From NCBI GenBank assembly GCA_965113315.1, contig OZ220375.1: a stretch of DNA of 64,000 bases; one strand, given 5' to 3'. The translations under genes were made by a program, and so were the position numbers. Below the pieces are notes generated by a model. That model did not search any database. It was not told the DNA's origin and worked only from the letters and a program-made list of their open reading frames with translations. Below, piece after piece: positions 12,090 to 23,798 of the stretch. The stretch's first letter is position 1, and the number at the start of each line of letters is the position of its first letter. This stretch comes from Podarcis vaucheri. Taxonomy: Eukaryota.

Positions 12090-12469
12090 CAAGGATATGT
12101 CACATACAGAGATTCTAAAAGCAAGGGTGGGAAAACTTCTTCAGCCCAACAGCCAAATTCACTTTTGGGCAGCACTCTAGAGGCCGTGTGCCAATGATGG
12201 GTGGGGCCAGAAGCAAAAGCAGGTGGAGCAATAGAGGAGCTGAGTACCTTTGTGCCACAGACTGCATTTCAGACACAAAGAAGGTTCTACACCATCCCAT
12301 GCAAATGCTTCTCTTCGTCCAGGCAAGAAGAGCCATTTTCACAGTTCAAGGACACATTTCAGCCAGGCAAAAGCACCCAAGGAGAGAGTGTCACAGGGCC
12401 AGTGAGGGCTGTGTACTGGGGAGAGTCCCAAGAGCCACATTTGGTACATTGAGCACAAGTTCTCCACCA

Positions 12470-13136
12470 TGCTTTAAACCTGTGGTGGCCTCTACCTTGT
12501 GGAATGATGCCCCCAAGGACCTCAGGCAGGTGGTGAGGCTGTGGTGCGACCCTAGGTGGCGTTGAAACCAAATCCCCTGGATCCAATGCTGTGGGTGGAG
12601 CCTCCGCAAGTGGAGTGGTCTGAGTATGTGGTAAGTCTGGCAGACCCTCTGAAGTGGCTTGGTTCGGCTCCACACTGGCAGTTTGCGAGGGAGGTGTAGG
12701 TGGAGCCTTGCCATCTGTAAGTGTCTCTTCTGGAGCCACAAGCGCAGTTGGGGGCACCACGGTAGTGTCCAAGTCCCCAACCCTGTGCCTAAGCTGGTCT
12801 ATGTGCCGGCGCCACAAGCGTCCGTCTTCGAGTGCCACCTGGTACGAGCGAGGTCCAGTGACTCCCACTACTGTGGCTGGCACCCAAGGAATGTCCCCCC
12901 GCATAGTTCCGGGCAAAGACCTGGTTTCCTGGAACAAATGACCATGGCGCGTTGGCACAGCCTGGGGGTTCGGCCACGGCAAAGTCCGGGTGCAGCCGGT
13001 CGAGCGGTGACCTGAGGCGGCGGCCCATAAGCAGCTCAGCAGGACTCCGCCCTGTGGCCGCATGAGGGGTGATGTGTTGCACGAACAAGTATTCGGCGAC
13101 CCGCTCGTGCCAGTCTCCCCGGTCCAGGCGCACCAG
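12470..13136 (-). mobile_element. Ty3/Gypsy LTR retrotransposon integrase C-terminal fragment, frameshifted
   Basis: YLFVQHITPHAATGRSPAELLMGRRLRSPLDRLHP, then after a frameshift at the C-run (~12895-12900) WVPATVVGVTGPRSYQVALEDGRLWRRHIDQLR. Confidence 0.85.
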
Positions 13137-13210
13137 TCTCTATGTGGAGTGGGGGTCAAAATTAAAAACTGGGTTTACACCATGCACTGGACCCCATATA
13201 GTGTATTAAT

Positions 13211-13600
13211 AGGACGTGGGTAATGCTGTGGTCTAAAGCACTGAGCCTCTTGGGCTTGCGGATAAGAAGGTTGGCAGTTCAAATCCCCACAATGGGGGGA
13301 GCTCCTGTTGCTCTGTCCCAGCTCCTGCCAACCTAGCAGTTCGAAAGCACGCCAGTGCAAGTAGATAAATAGGTACTGCTGTGGTAGGAAGGTAAATTGT
13401 GTTTCCATGCACTCTTGTTTCTGTTATGGTGTTCCATTGCGCCAGAAGCGGTTTAGTCATGCTGGCCACATGACCCAGAAAGCTGTCTGCGACCAAACGC
13501 CGGCTCCCTCAGCCTGAAAGCGAGATGAGCGCCGCAACCCCATAGTCACCTTTGACTGGACTTAACCGTCCAGGGGTCCTTTACCTTTTACCTTTTTAGC
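13211..13600 (+). mobile_element. Sauria SINE (Squam1), full length
   Basis: tRNA-like head, gcaagtagataaataggtac core and (ACCTTT)n tail. 12-bp TSD tagtgtattaat at 13199-13210 and 13601-13612. Confidence 0.85.
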
Positions 13601-14830
13601 TAGTGTATTAATGTAATTCTGTGTAACATTATTCACTATACAGATCTGATGCACAAGAAATTGGCACAAAGCAAGTAAGTATGCCTGGCAGGGGGTTGGA
13701 CTCGATGGCCCTTGTGGTCTCTTCCAACTCTATGATTCTATGATTCTAAGTACAACAAGTGTAATTTTACAGCAGATACAAACTCCATTCAGCAATGGGA
13801 CAGCTGCTGCTGCTCTGTCTAACCCTGGCAGGCAAGGCTTTAATATGGTGTTTGGGTTGCCAGGTCACATGACTGAGTTGAAGAAGCTTAGGATCCAGCC
13901 TAAGCCCCTCGCTCTCAGGTCCCACCTCTGCCATGCCCCAAGAACTCTCCATTTGGGGAACTACACCGGCCTCAGCTCAGCCAGCTTCTGCTGAGCCAGG
14001 ATGAGCTGACTGCATCAGCATATTTTTGGCTGAGCTGGGGTTGGAGACTTAATGCCAGTGGAGCCCAGCTAAGCTGAGAATCAGCCAAATGACCTCAAGA
14101 TTAGTACAAGAGGAATATGAGCAAATGAAATAAAGTTCTCTAATTACTTGTACATGATTCTAGACATTCATAGCCTGCTCCTCATGTAGCAGCCTCCAAG
14201 GGTAACCCAAGGAAAAAAGAAAATTAAGCAATGTAAAATAATTAATCATATACAACAGGAACAGAGCAGGGGGAGAATGACCACCAAATAAAAAAATTAA
14301 AGAGATCTAAAATGGCTGGCAGAATAAAAAGGGAGTCAAAGGGCATCAAGGTTGGCTTCCCTGGGGAAAGCGTTCCAGAGCCATAGAATAGATCCTAACA
14401 AAAGTCGCCATTTACCTGACCTCTGGTCTGGGACACATATCTTAGACACCATTTGGAGTGCTCGGGACATAAGTCAGTTAAGACTCCATTCAGTGTTGCT
14501 GGGGGGTGGAGAGACAAAGCCTGCATGGTAAAAGGGAATCTAGCAGTGCAATTTCTTTGATTCACATAATTCACGTATGGGGGAACTGTTTTCAGCCCAA
14601 GGACTGGATGGAGAACTACCCAATGGTGTAGGGGTCATTATAATGTCAGGTGACAAAGGGGCTCATGGTCAGTGCTGATTGATTGTAATTTAAAATAGAT
14701 CATCAATTTCTGTTCTTTTTCAGAGTTTGAGTTACTGTCGTAGAAAATGGTATAGGATAGGGTCATTGTATCTTAGCCATATCTTCCTCCACCACCATCA
14801 CCCACTCCACCCCCCCCCCCGCTTCCAGCT

Positions 14831-15781
14831 CTAGAGGCGTTTATGAACAATGACCCTCTTCAAAGCCCCTTTCACCTCCCTATTTCTGAGACTGTAGATC
14901 AAGGGGTTCAACATGGGGGTAATCACCCCATACAACATGCTCACCATCCTGTCCTGGTCTGGATGGTGGCTGGAGGAAGGCCTTAAGTAAGTGAAGAGGA
15001 TTGTCCCATAGAAGAGGCACACCACAATTAGATGGGAGACACAAGTGGAGAAGGCCTTGCGTTTCCCATCGGAAGAACGGATCCTAAGGATGGCAGAGAT
15101 GATGTGGATGTAGGAGACCAGCATCACCATAAAAGCCCCCACACCCAAAATCCCACCAACAATGAAGACTACCATCTCAGCCACATAGGTGGAAGCACAT
15201 GATAAGGCCAAGACTGGAGGGATGTCACAGTAGTATTGATTGACTCTATTGGATGTACAGAAAGGTAGAGTGAAAGTCATTACCGTGTGCAGCAAGGAGT
15301 GGAGGAACTCTGTGACCCATGTACCAGCAGCCATCTGAAGACAAAGCTTCTTGCTCATGATGACCGTGTATCGCAGAGGGTTGCATATGGCCACATAGCG
15401 GTCATAAGCCATGGCAGCTAAGAGGAAGACCTCTGTCCCTGCCAAGGCTACCAGGAAGTAGAGCTGCAGCACACAACCAACAAAGGAAATGGTATTTCTC
15501 TCTGACAAGAGGTTCTCCAGCATCTTGGGTACTGTAACTGTGGGGCAGCAGATGTCCAGCAGGGAAAGATTAGTGAGGAAGAAATACATGGGGTTGTGCA
15601 GGTGGGAGTCAGCTTCTATTGCAAGAAGAATGGTGCCGTTCCCCAGCAGGGTGACCAGGTAGATGAGCAAAAAGGCAGCCAAGAGGGAGAAGCGGACAGC
15701 TGGGAGATCAGAAAGGCCCATTAGGATGAATTCTGTCACCACGGTGGTGTTCTCCATTTCTCCCCTGTGCGAGGAGCTTTC
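14831..15781 (-). CDS. OR5V1-like olfactory receptor paralog A, main coding exon (internal ATG 15757)
   Basis: All OR motifs in an open frame. Acceptor ctcttgcag at 15783-15782 is 24 nt upstream of the ATG and in frame. Confidence 0.93.
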   Translation of the reverse strand, partial: ESSSHRGEMENTTVVTEFILMGLSDLPAVRFSLLAAFLLIYLVTLLGNGTILLAIEADSHLHNPMYFFLTNLSLLDICCPTVTVPKMLENLLSERNTISFVGCVLQLYFLVALAGTEVFLLAAMAYDRYVAICNPLRYTVIMSKKLCLQMAAGTWVTEFLHSLLHTVMTFTLPFCTSNRVNQYYCDIPPVLALSCASTYVAEMVVFIVGGILGVGAFMVMLVSYIHIISAILRIRSSDGKRKAFSTCVSHLIVVCLFYGTILFTYLRPSSSHHPDQDRMVSMLYGVITPMLNPLIYSLRNREVKGALKRVIVHKRL

Positions 15782-16019
15782 CTGCAAGAGTTTGAAAGCA
15801 AAAATGTGACATAGTAAACATCTTGGAGGCTACAGGCATACACAAGTTAAGGCCTTCTTTGCTTTTCATATAGCTTTGAGTCATACTAAGCAGGAATTTG
15901 AGGTCCCTGCTCAGACACTTTATCACTCCTAGTGATAAAGTTCCTAGCAATCACATTCATGCCCTGTACCTGAATTTCCTAGAGACCAATGTTTGACCTA
16001 TGTGAGAAACACAATGCTT

Positions 16020-16137
16020 AATAATAATAATAATTTTTTATTTATACCCTGCCCTTCCTGGTTCAAAAACCGGGCTCAGGGCAGCCTACAACAAATTTAA
16101 AACACTTAATTGTAAAAGCAGCATAAAATACAGTATA
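16020..16137 (-). mobile_element. Short L2-type 3' end with (TAA)n tail, absent from the paralogous site
   Basis: Paralog B at 20841-20870 reads acacaatgcttaattagatgg without the insert. Confidence 0.65.
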
Positions 16138-17102
16138 TAGATGGTTCTTAGATCAGATCATCTGACAAAGTCATTTTTAGGTCTTTAAATTGCTGAGACT
16201 CGTCAGAGCTTCTTTGTGCATTACATGTAAGTGGTGATAATGTCAATGGCCAGCACCCAGTGTGGAGCTGGAACCCGTGTAGTGTAGCTACGGGGCTTGA
16301 TGGGGGCGTTGTTAAGTAACTGAGGGTCTCATGGACCCTGCCACAATGCCACACCACCTATCATGGTAAACAGATTTCCATGGGGTGGGAATGGGAAGCA
16401 AGGGGAATGGCAAGGGGGTGATCAAGAAAAGTGAGTGGGGACAAAAGCCATAGTTGAGCAAATTTGTGCCCTCTTTTTAGAGCAGGAGGTCCAATTTGAA
16501 TGCAGTATTATTGTCTCAGAAAATCCTGTCCACATCTGTCAGTTCATGTGAATGTCCTCCCTCATTCTATCTGGTGCCTCTCATGAGATGAAGACTTTGT
16601 GGCTTCACCCTCAGCCTGATTTATTCATCCTCCCCTTCCCTGCCTGTGTTCTATCTAGCCTGATGAAACGTTCTGAAGAACTCATTACATTGTGGGTGAC
16701 TTGATAAAATATTGCCCTCGTATGGATTTACAAATGTATTTATACCACTCTCATCTAAACTATTTTTCTGTTCATCTGAGCATCCCTTCTAGAGAGCGCT
16801 CCTTTTTTTTTTAGGAAGAAATGTGCCAGTAATCACTATGAAGTTGTTACAGTAAGTGCCACACATTGCGAGGGGGGAGGAAGGTCCCAGTACTGTGTAC
16901 CTTTGACTATACCCAGAAAAGAGCACTGCTTCTAGAACATTCAGTGTACCACTCTCATTCCATGTACACTTGCTTCATTTTATGAGTCTCATTTCTTTGC
17001 ACTTCTACATTTAGAAACATCACTCTTTCCGTCTTCCCTAAGCCTTGATCTTTGTCACAACGATAGTCTCATTAAGCTAGTATCTACTGTAATAATACTC
17101 AC

Positions 17103-17126
17103 TGTCAATGACTGGTGCGTTACCAT
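17103..17126 (-). CDS. Predicted upstream coding segment of paralog A (MVTHQSLT, phase 0)
   Basis: ggagaa ATG GTA ACG CAC CAG TCA TTG ACA | GTGAGT. Conserved in all four paralogs. Confidence 0.72.
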
Positions 17127-18159
17127 TTCTCCAAACAGTCACTCTTCAGAATGCCTCTCATCCGCCTTGAGATCAAGGAAGGATTGTCCATTCCTCTGGC
17201 AGCTCAAACTTCTCCTTTCAACCTCAACAGGAGCTCAAGGGAATAGCAGGCCTCAGAGCACATAAGCAATGTCAGGAAACATCTCTGTTCACCACCTATG
17301 GCCAATGTCAAGACCAAGAGTAATGGCTGATTTCCCAGCACAATAAACTGCAGGGCTGTGAATAATTGTCATTCAAGATATCACTCCCTAGATGTTAAGG
17401 AAATCAGGCCAATATTTTATGTACGCCAGTTCACCAGAGTAAGGAACTGTTCTAGTCCAGTGTTTACACAAAGCTCAGTAGTTTAAGGGACTAGGTCCTT
17501 TTTGGTGGGCTTTGCTCATACCTCATGCATACCCACCAACACCTTGAAGACAAAATCCGGGATACCATCTTCCCAGACACCATCTTCCTGTTAGTTATCG
17601 TGAGACTATGGTGGCCATTTTGGTTGCTGTGATCTTGTGGAATTCCACACCATGGTTCCCCCCCCAAAAAAAGTGCTTTTTCTGGGCACGGCACCTAAAA
17701 AATGGTGTTTTGGGGTGCCATGCAAGATCGGGACCTACATCTTTCCACTGTGGTGGTGGTGTTGTTGTTCAAACCAGTGGGAGGAGCACAGCAAAGCAGG
17801 GGCAGGACTTGGGCTGGATGTATTTTTGGATAACTTTCCTCAGACCCCATTCTTCTCCTCTTGAAACAAGAGGTCCCCAACCTCCAAGGTGACTTCCATT
17901 CCAAGATACTTGTAATCTGTGCAGTGTTTAAAGTGTTTTTAAAATTGTTGGGAGGGGGGGTCAGTTCTGAGTGACACCAGCAGGGAACGGGAGCTAAGAA
18001 GATCTGATTTGTTTCAGTTTTGCGTATAGTTTGGTAGCGACACTGCTAAGTAAAGTTTCCTCCTTATCTACTCACTGTGGATCATTTGTAATCTTGCGAA
18101 TGCTACAGTGCCAGAGCAGGTCACACTTTTTCTGTGAGTGGAATGGAAATAGTAAGAGA

Positions 18160-18335
18160 GTTCAACCATGGAACAGTCGCCCACAGAAGGTTGTGAACTC
18201 TCCTTCCTTGGAGGTTTTCAAGCAGAGGTTGGATGGCCATCTGTCATGGATGCTTTAGCAGAGATTTCTGCACTGCAGGGGGTTGGACTAGATGACCCTC
18301 AGGGTCCCTTCCAACTCCATAATTCCATGATTCTA
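18160..18335 (+). mobile_element. CR1 LINE 3' end
   Basis: tccttccttggaggttttcaagcagaggttggatggccatctg...ggggttggactagatgaccc...(ATTCTATG)-like tail. Confidence 0.8.
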
Positions 18336-19214
18336 TACACTGGAGTGGGGAAGTGATTAAAAACTCTAGTAATTTATATCAGAAAACTTGTGGCCAGCTT
18401 GCATTTCCTGGGGTTGGAAATGGAGTGGGTTTCCCCCCTAGAAGTTGAAAAGTGATAAATGAAGAGGGGAAAGTTGAAGAGACGTTCATGTTCACAGATC
18501 AGAAGTAAGAAACACAACTATAAAAAAGTGGTGTGGCAGATTTTATTGACAGTGAAACTGGATTACACAACACATCTCAACATGTTAGATCAAAAGTCCA
18601 AACAGATAATTAATAGTGGCATCTATTTATGTTTGTCATTCCGCTAACATTTCAGTGTGAAGAATTAAGATTACATATGTGATTCCATGTTTCTATGATT
18701 TATTTACTTCATTTTTATGGCACCCATCCGTTTCAAGGCAATATACACAAAACCACACAGACACACTTTACCCCCACAATAATCCTGTGAGGTAAATTGA
18801 ATTGTGTGATTGGCTCAGTGGGGACTTTGAAAGTGGATTTTCCTGGACCTCATCTGAAACTCAAACTGTGATATCATGCTTAGATATAGCAGAGTTGGAT
18901 GGCAGCCTGAGGGTCATCTGGTTCAACAACCTCTCCTGTAATTCGGGAATCTCAAAGCACCCATGGCAAATGGTCACCCTGTTGTTGTTTAGTTGTGTCT
19001 GACTTTTCATGACCCCATGGACCAGAGCACGCCAGGCACTCCTGTCTTTAGGTTATATTAATTAAAATATCTGCACAGTGCAGGGATAGACAACTTGCTG
19101 CCGAACCCTCCAGATATTTTAGACTCCAACTCCCATCATCCTCTACTACTGGCCTGGCTGAATGGGACTGATAGGAGTTGTAGTCCAAAACCATGTTTTG
19201 GACCCTGATATCTC

Positions 19215-19470
19215 TTACCATCAGGAACATCTTCTTGACAATTAGTTTGACAGTCCTATCTTGTAATTTGAATCCATTTGTTTGGGTCCTACCATCTGGA
19301 GAAGGAGGAAGCAAGCTTCCTCCATCTTCCATGTGACAGCCCTTTAGATAATTAAATATAGCTTTCATGTCTTCTCAGTCTTCTCTTTTCCAGGCTAAAC
19401 ATAGGAGACGGAGAGGATAGCTATCTTCAAATATCTAAAGGGCTGACACGTAGAAGATGGAGCAAACTCA
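19215..19470. mobile_element. CR1 ORF2 fragments in opposite orientations
   Basis: Minus ORF KAIFNYLKGCHMEDG...TNGFKLQ, followed by a plus-strand atagctatcttcaaatatctaaagggctg piece. Confidence 0.65.
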
Positions 19471-19631
19471 TGTCAGGTGACAACTTCAAAGCAGGTCATT
19501 GTCAGCTGATCAATCGTAATTTAAAACATATTAAATTATGCTCTTCTTTTTCAGAGATTGGGTTATTTTGGTAGATAATGATATAGGATAGGATAATTGT
19601 ATCTTAGCCATATATTCCCCCCCTTCCAAAT

Positions 19632-20582
19632 TTATTGGCGTTTATTAATAATGACCCTCTTCAAAGCCCCTTTCACCTCCTTGTTCCTGAGGCTGTAGAT
19701 CAAGGGGTTCAACATGGGCGTAATTACCCCATACAACATGCTCACCAGCCTGTCTTGATCTGGATGGTGGCTGGAGGAAGGCCTTATGTAAGTGAAGATA
19801 GTCGTCCCATAGAAGAGGCACACCACCATAAGATGAGAGGCACAAGTGGAGAAGGCCTTGCGCTTCCCCTCGGAAGAACGGATCCTAAGGATGGTGGAGA
19901 TGATGTAGATGTAGGAGACCAGCGTCACCAGAAAAGCCCCCACACCAAAAATCCCACCAACAATGAGGACAACCATCTCAGCCGCATAGGTGGAAGCACA
20001 TGATAAGGCCAAGACTGGAGGGATGTCACAGTAGTATTGATTGACTCTATTAGATTTACAATAAGGTAGAGTGAAAGTCATGACTGTGTGCAGCAAGGAG
20101 TTGAGGAACCCTGTGACCCATGTACCAGCAGCCATCTGAAGACACAGCTTCTTGCTCATGATGACCGTGTATCGCAGAGGGTTGCATATGGCCACATAGC
20201 GGTCATAAGCCATGGCAGCTAAGAGGAAGACCTCTGTCCCTGCCAAGGCTACCAGGAAGTAGAGCTGCAGCACACAACCAATAAAGGAAATGGTATTTCT
20301 CTCTGACAAGAGGTTCTCCAGCATCTTAGGCACCGTAGCTGTGGGGCAGCAGATGTCCAGCAGGGAAAGATTAGTGAGGAAGAAATACATGGGGTTGTGC
20401 AGGTGGGAGTCAGCTGCTATGGCAAGAAGAATGGTGCCGTTCCCCAGCAGGGTGACCAGGTAGATGAGCAAAAAGGCAGCAAAGAGGGAGAAGCGGACAG
20501 CTGGGAGATCAGAAAGGCCCATTAGGATGAATTCTGTCACCACGGTGATGTTCTCCATTTCTCCCCTGTGCAAGGAGCTTGC
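19632..20582 (-). CDS. OR5V1-like olfactory receptor paralog B, main coding exon (internal ATG 20558)
   Basis: Intact OR motifs. Acceptor ctcttgcag at 20584-20583 is in frame. Confidence 0.94.
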   Translation of the reverse strand, partial: ASSLHRGEMENITVVTEFILMGLSDLPAVRFSLFAAFLLIYLVTLLGNGTILLAIAADSHLHNPMYFFLTNLSLLDICCPTATVPKMLENLLSERNTISFIGCVLQLYFLVALAGTEVFLLAAMAYDRYVAICNPLRYTVIMSKKLCLQMAAGTWVTGFLNSLLHTVMTFTLPYCKSNRVNQYYCDIPPVLALSCASTYAAEMVVLIVGGIFGVGAFLVTLVSYIYIISTILRIRSSEGKRKAFSTCASHLMVVCLFYGTTIFTYIRPSSSHHPDQDRLVSMLYGVITPMLNPLIYSLRNKEVKGALKRVIINKRQ

Positions 20583-21041
20583 CTGCAAGAGTTGCAAAGC
20601 AAAAATGTGACATAGTAAACATGTTGGAGGATACGGGCATACACTTTTGCTTTTCAAGGTGTTGCTTTGCTTCTTTGCTTTTCAAGGTGTTAGGCATATA
20701 GCCTTGAGTCATACTAAGCAGGAATTTGAGGTCCCTGCTTAGACACTTTATCACTCTGAGAAGCAAAGATTAGTTCCTAGCGATCACATTCATGCCCTGT
20801 ACCTGAATTTTCCAGAGACCAATGTTTTGCCCGTGTGAGAAACACAATGCTTAATTAGATGGTTCTTAGATCAGATCATCTGACAAAGTCATTTTTAGGT
20901 CTTTAAATTACTGAGACTTGTCAGAACCTCTTTGTGTGTTGCATGTAAGTGGTGATATTGTCAATGGCCAGCAATATTGTCAATGGCTTGACAGGGAGTT
21001 GTTAACTAACTGCAGGGAACATGGAGACTGATAGTTTTATA

Positions 21042-21271
21042 TACAGTGGTATCTCGGGTTAAGTACTTAATTCGTTCCAGAGGTCCGTTCTTAACCTGAA
21101 ACTATTCTTTACCTGAAGCACCACTTTAGCTAATGGGGCCTCCCACTGCTGCCGCGCCGCTGCCACGTGATTTCTGTTCTCATCCTGAAGCAAAGTTCTT
21201 AACCTGAGGTACTATTTCTGGGTTAGTGGAGTCTGTAACCTGAAGCGTGTGTAACCCAAGGTACCACTGTA
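21042..21271. mobile_element. Tc1/mariner (Tigger-like) MITE
   Basis: TA-CAGTGGTA...TACCACTG-TA. Confidence 0.85.
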
Positions 21272-21722
21272 CTCACTGCTAGATCCTCTTCCTCCTGGTC
21301 AATTGCTGATTCATTATTTACGGCTGGATTTTCTCACATTCTCCCTTGTGCCTGTCACCACATGCAGACTTTATTGTTCCACCATGAGCCTGATTTATTT
21401 GTCCTTTCCCTGCCATTGTTATTACCTGATGAAAAGCTCTGAAGAACTCAAAAGCCTCCACATCATTTCATAACATTTTGGTTGGCCTGATCATAGTATT
21501 GCCCTTATACGGATTTTCATCTCATCTAAACCATATTTTTATTCATCTCAGCATCCCTTCTAGAACATTTTGTGTACTGCTCCTGTTCCATGTACACCTG
21601 TCTTGATATATGAGTCTCATTTCGTCAAACTTATAAAATTACCAAACATATCTTTTCCTGTCTTACTTAAGACTTTAAGTCACAAGGATGGCCCCATTAA
21701 GCTTGTATCTTCTAATACTCAC

Positions 21723-21746
21723 GGTCAGTGATTGGTGCGTTTCCAT
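21723..21746 (-). CDS. Predicted upstream coding segment of paralog B (METHQSLT, phase 0)
   Basis: ggtgaa ATG GAA ACG CAC CAA TCA CTG ACC | GTGAGT. Confidence 0.72.
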
Positions 21747-22649
21747 TTCACCAAACAGTCGCTCTTAAGAATGTCTCTCATCTGCCTTGAAATCAAGGAA
21801 TGATTGTGTGTTCCTCCGGCAGCTCAGCCTTCTCCTTTAAGTCTCGCCATAAGGAGCTCAAGGGAATAGCAGGCCTCAGAGCACACCAGCAGTGCCAAGA
21901 AGCATCTCTTTGCCTACCATGACCAATGTCAAAAGAAAAAGTGATGGGTGATTTTCCAGCATAATAAGCTCCAGTCCTGTGAATTATTGTCCAACTCTAC
22001 ATTTCCATTATTATGATTTTTTGAATACATGACTCCCTAGAATGTTAAGGAAGTCCAGCCCATGTTTTATGTGCTCCATTTCACCTGAGGATGGAACAGA
22101 TCTTCTCTAGGTTCTACACAAAACTCAGGAGAATAGCAGCCAGGCAGGAGCTGTGACTATGCTTAAGTGACCTTAGCTTTCAATGGCGAGAGAACAAATT
22201 CCATGTAACAGAAAATAAGCAAGACCTGAGTAGAGAGATCATTTTCTGAACCTCCTGCCTAGAATCCCTTAGTCATGTGGGGGTGGCAGTAGTATTCAAT
22301 GGGGTAGTATTCAATGGGAGATTTTGTATGCGAGCTGGAACTGGTCTGTGACCGAAATAATAAATTCATTCATTCAATGGGGGTAGGCACTTTGCATATG
22401 CTCAGAGCCACCTTCTTTCTTACATCCCAGTATAAGTCATGGCTGAATCCAGGCACTAAGAGCAAGCATGAAGACTCAAACCAAGGAAGACTGTCCATAA
22501 AAATGTCTATAATTGATGGTACTCAGTGACCTCCAGGATGAAGCCCAAGCCCCATAGTGATGCCTGCAAATATTGATATTGAAATTTAACTATGGCCATA
22601 CACACTTCTCTCCTCCGAAAATGGGACCATGCAATTCTTTCCTACTCCT

Positions 22650-22666
22650 TAATGAGTCCCAAAGAG
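22650..22666 (+). promoter_or_regulatory. Candidate homeodomain + O/E (EBF) composite site
   Basis: TAATGA-G-TCCCAAAGAG. Degenerate copies at 24828-24844 and 25329-25344 lie in a thrice-repeated noncoding module. Confidence 0.35.
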
Positions 22667-23463
22667 CATTGTTAACATCTATGGTGCAGTCTCCATCTCA
22701 TCTGCTACCACAGAGCTCCTACCAGAAAGGTCCTCAGATAAATGCTCTGCATCCATGGTGATGTAAAAATAATGCCACCAAGAGTAATTATGATGTCATC
22801 CGAACTGAATGGATTTGAAGTCACAGGGATTAGCACACATAAGGCCAATTTGGGAGACGCTATGCACCATCCCTAGTGCTTCCTGCTCAATGACATGGTT
22901 GCCCTGTGTGGGGCCTCCACCATGTCAGATTTCAACTCTAGAAGGAACTCTCCTCTACAGGAGACAATTTCTTCCATATAGAAAACTAGATGCAAGAGAG
23001 AACAGGTGTTTTGTCTTCCATCTGAAATGGCAGGAATCATCCCTGTAGGACTTTCTCACTCTCTCTCTCTCTCTCTCTCCCCTGCGATAAAAAAAATGAT
23101 AAATTCCAGTGATGTGGATTTAAAACTTCAGTTGCAACTAGGCCCAAATTAGGTCTGAAATACTAGGGGATTGTTTGTTTTGTTTATTTAGGAAAGCATT
23201 TATATATTGTCAGTTAGTACAACAGAACATGGCTGTGTACAACAATGTATACGATAAAATCTAAAACACCATAAAAGCCATAAATAATGCTCATTATAGC
23301 AACTGCATTAAACAGTTACGTAGGCCTGTCTACATAAAAAAGTGTTGGCAGAGTTAGTAGATATTGAATGCTTTATTAATTATCCCTGCTACCAACATGT
23401 GTTTTCCACAGGAGTTTTAGAAATCATCGTATGGAGGGAATCAGTTCTGAGTGACACCAGCAG

Positions 23464-23798
23464 TGTCGAGTAACGGCTCGGCATCCGAAGAAATCAGTCT
23501 CACACCATGATGGGTTCCGAAATATTGCTGCTCCTCAGGGCTACTGCAGCACAGCTTTTATTGTGTGAAATCAGAAAGATACAAAATACAAGCGAAGCAA
23601 TTTGTTCTCAGCCAGCAGATAAGGACCTTCGCACTAGACCATGCGAACATCAGGCCATGCTACGTTAACCAATCATGTGGGACAGCACGAGCTATTCACG
23701 CGCTGTTCATGCTCCAAGGATGCTTCTAGCTATGAAATCACCCTTCAATAATAAGAACTTTGCTCATGCTCTCATGTGCAAGCAATCATTTTCCCACA
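23464..23798 (-). mobile_element. Solo LTR (335 bp, TG...CA, 6-bp TSD CAGCAG)
   Basis: TSD at 23458-23463 and 23799-23804. Empty paralogous site at 17971-17990. AATAAA on the minus strand at ~23557-23562. Confidence 0.85.

Noticed and set aside
20583-20657. N-terminal extension of the 341-aa ORF
   Set aside because: It runs through the polypyrimidine tract and acceptor from a non-ATG start, so it is intronic.
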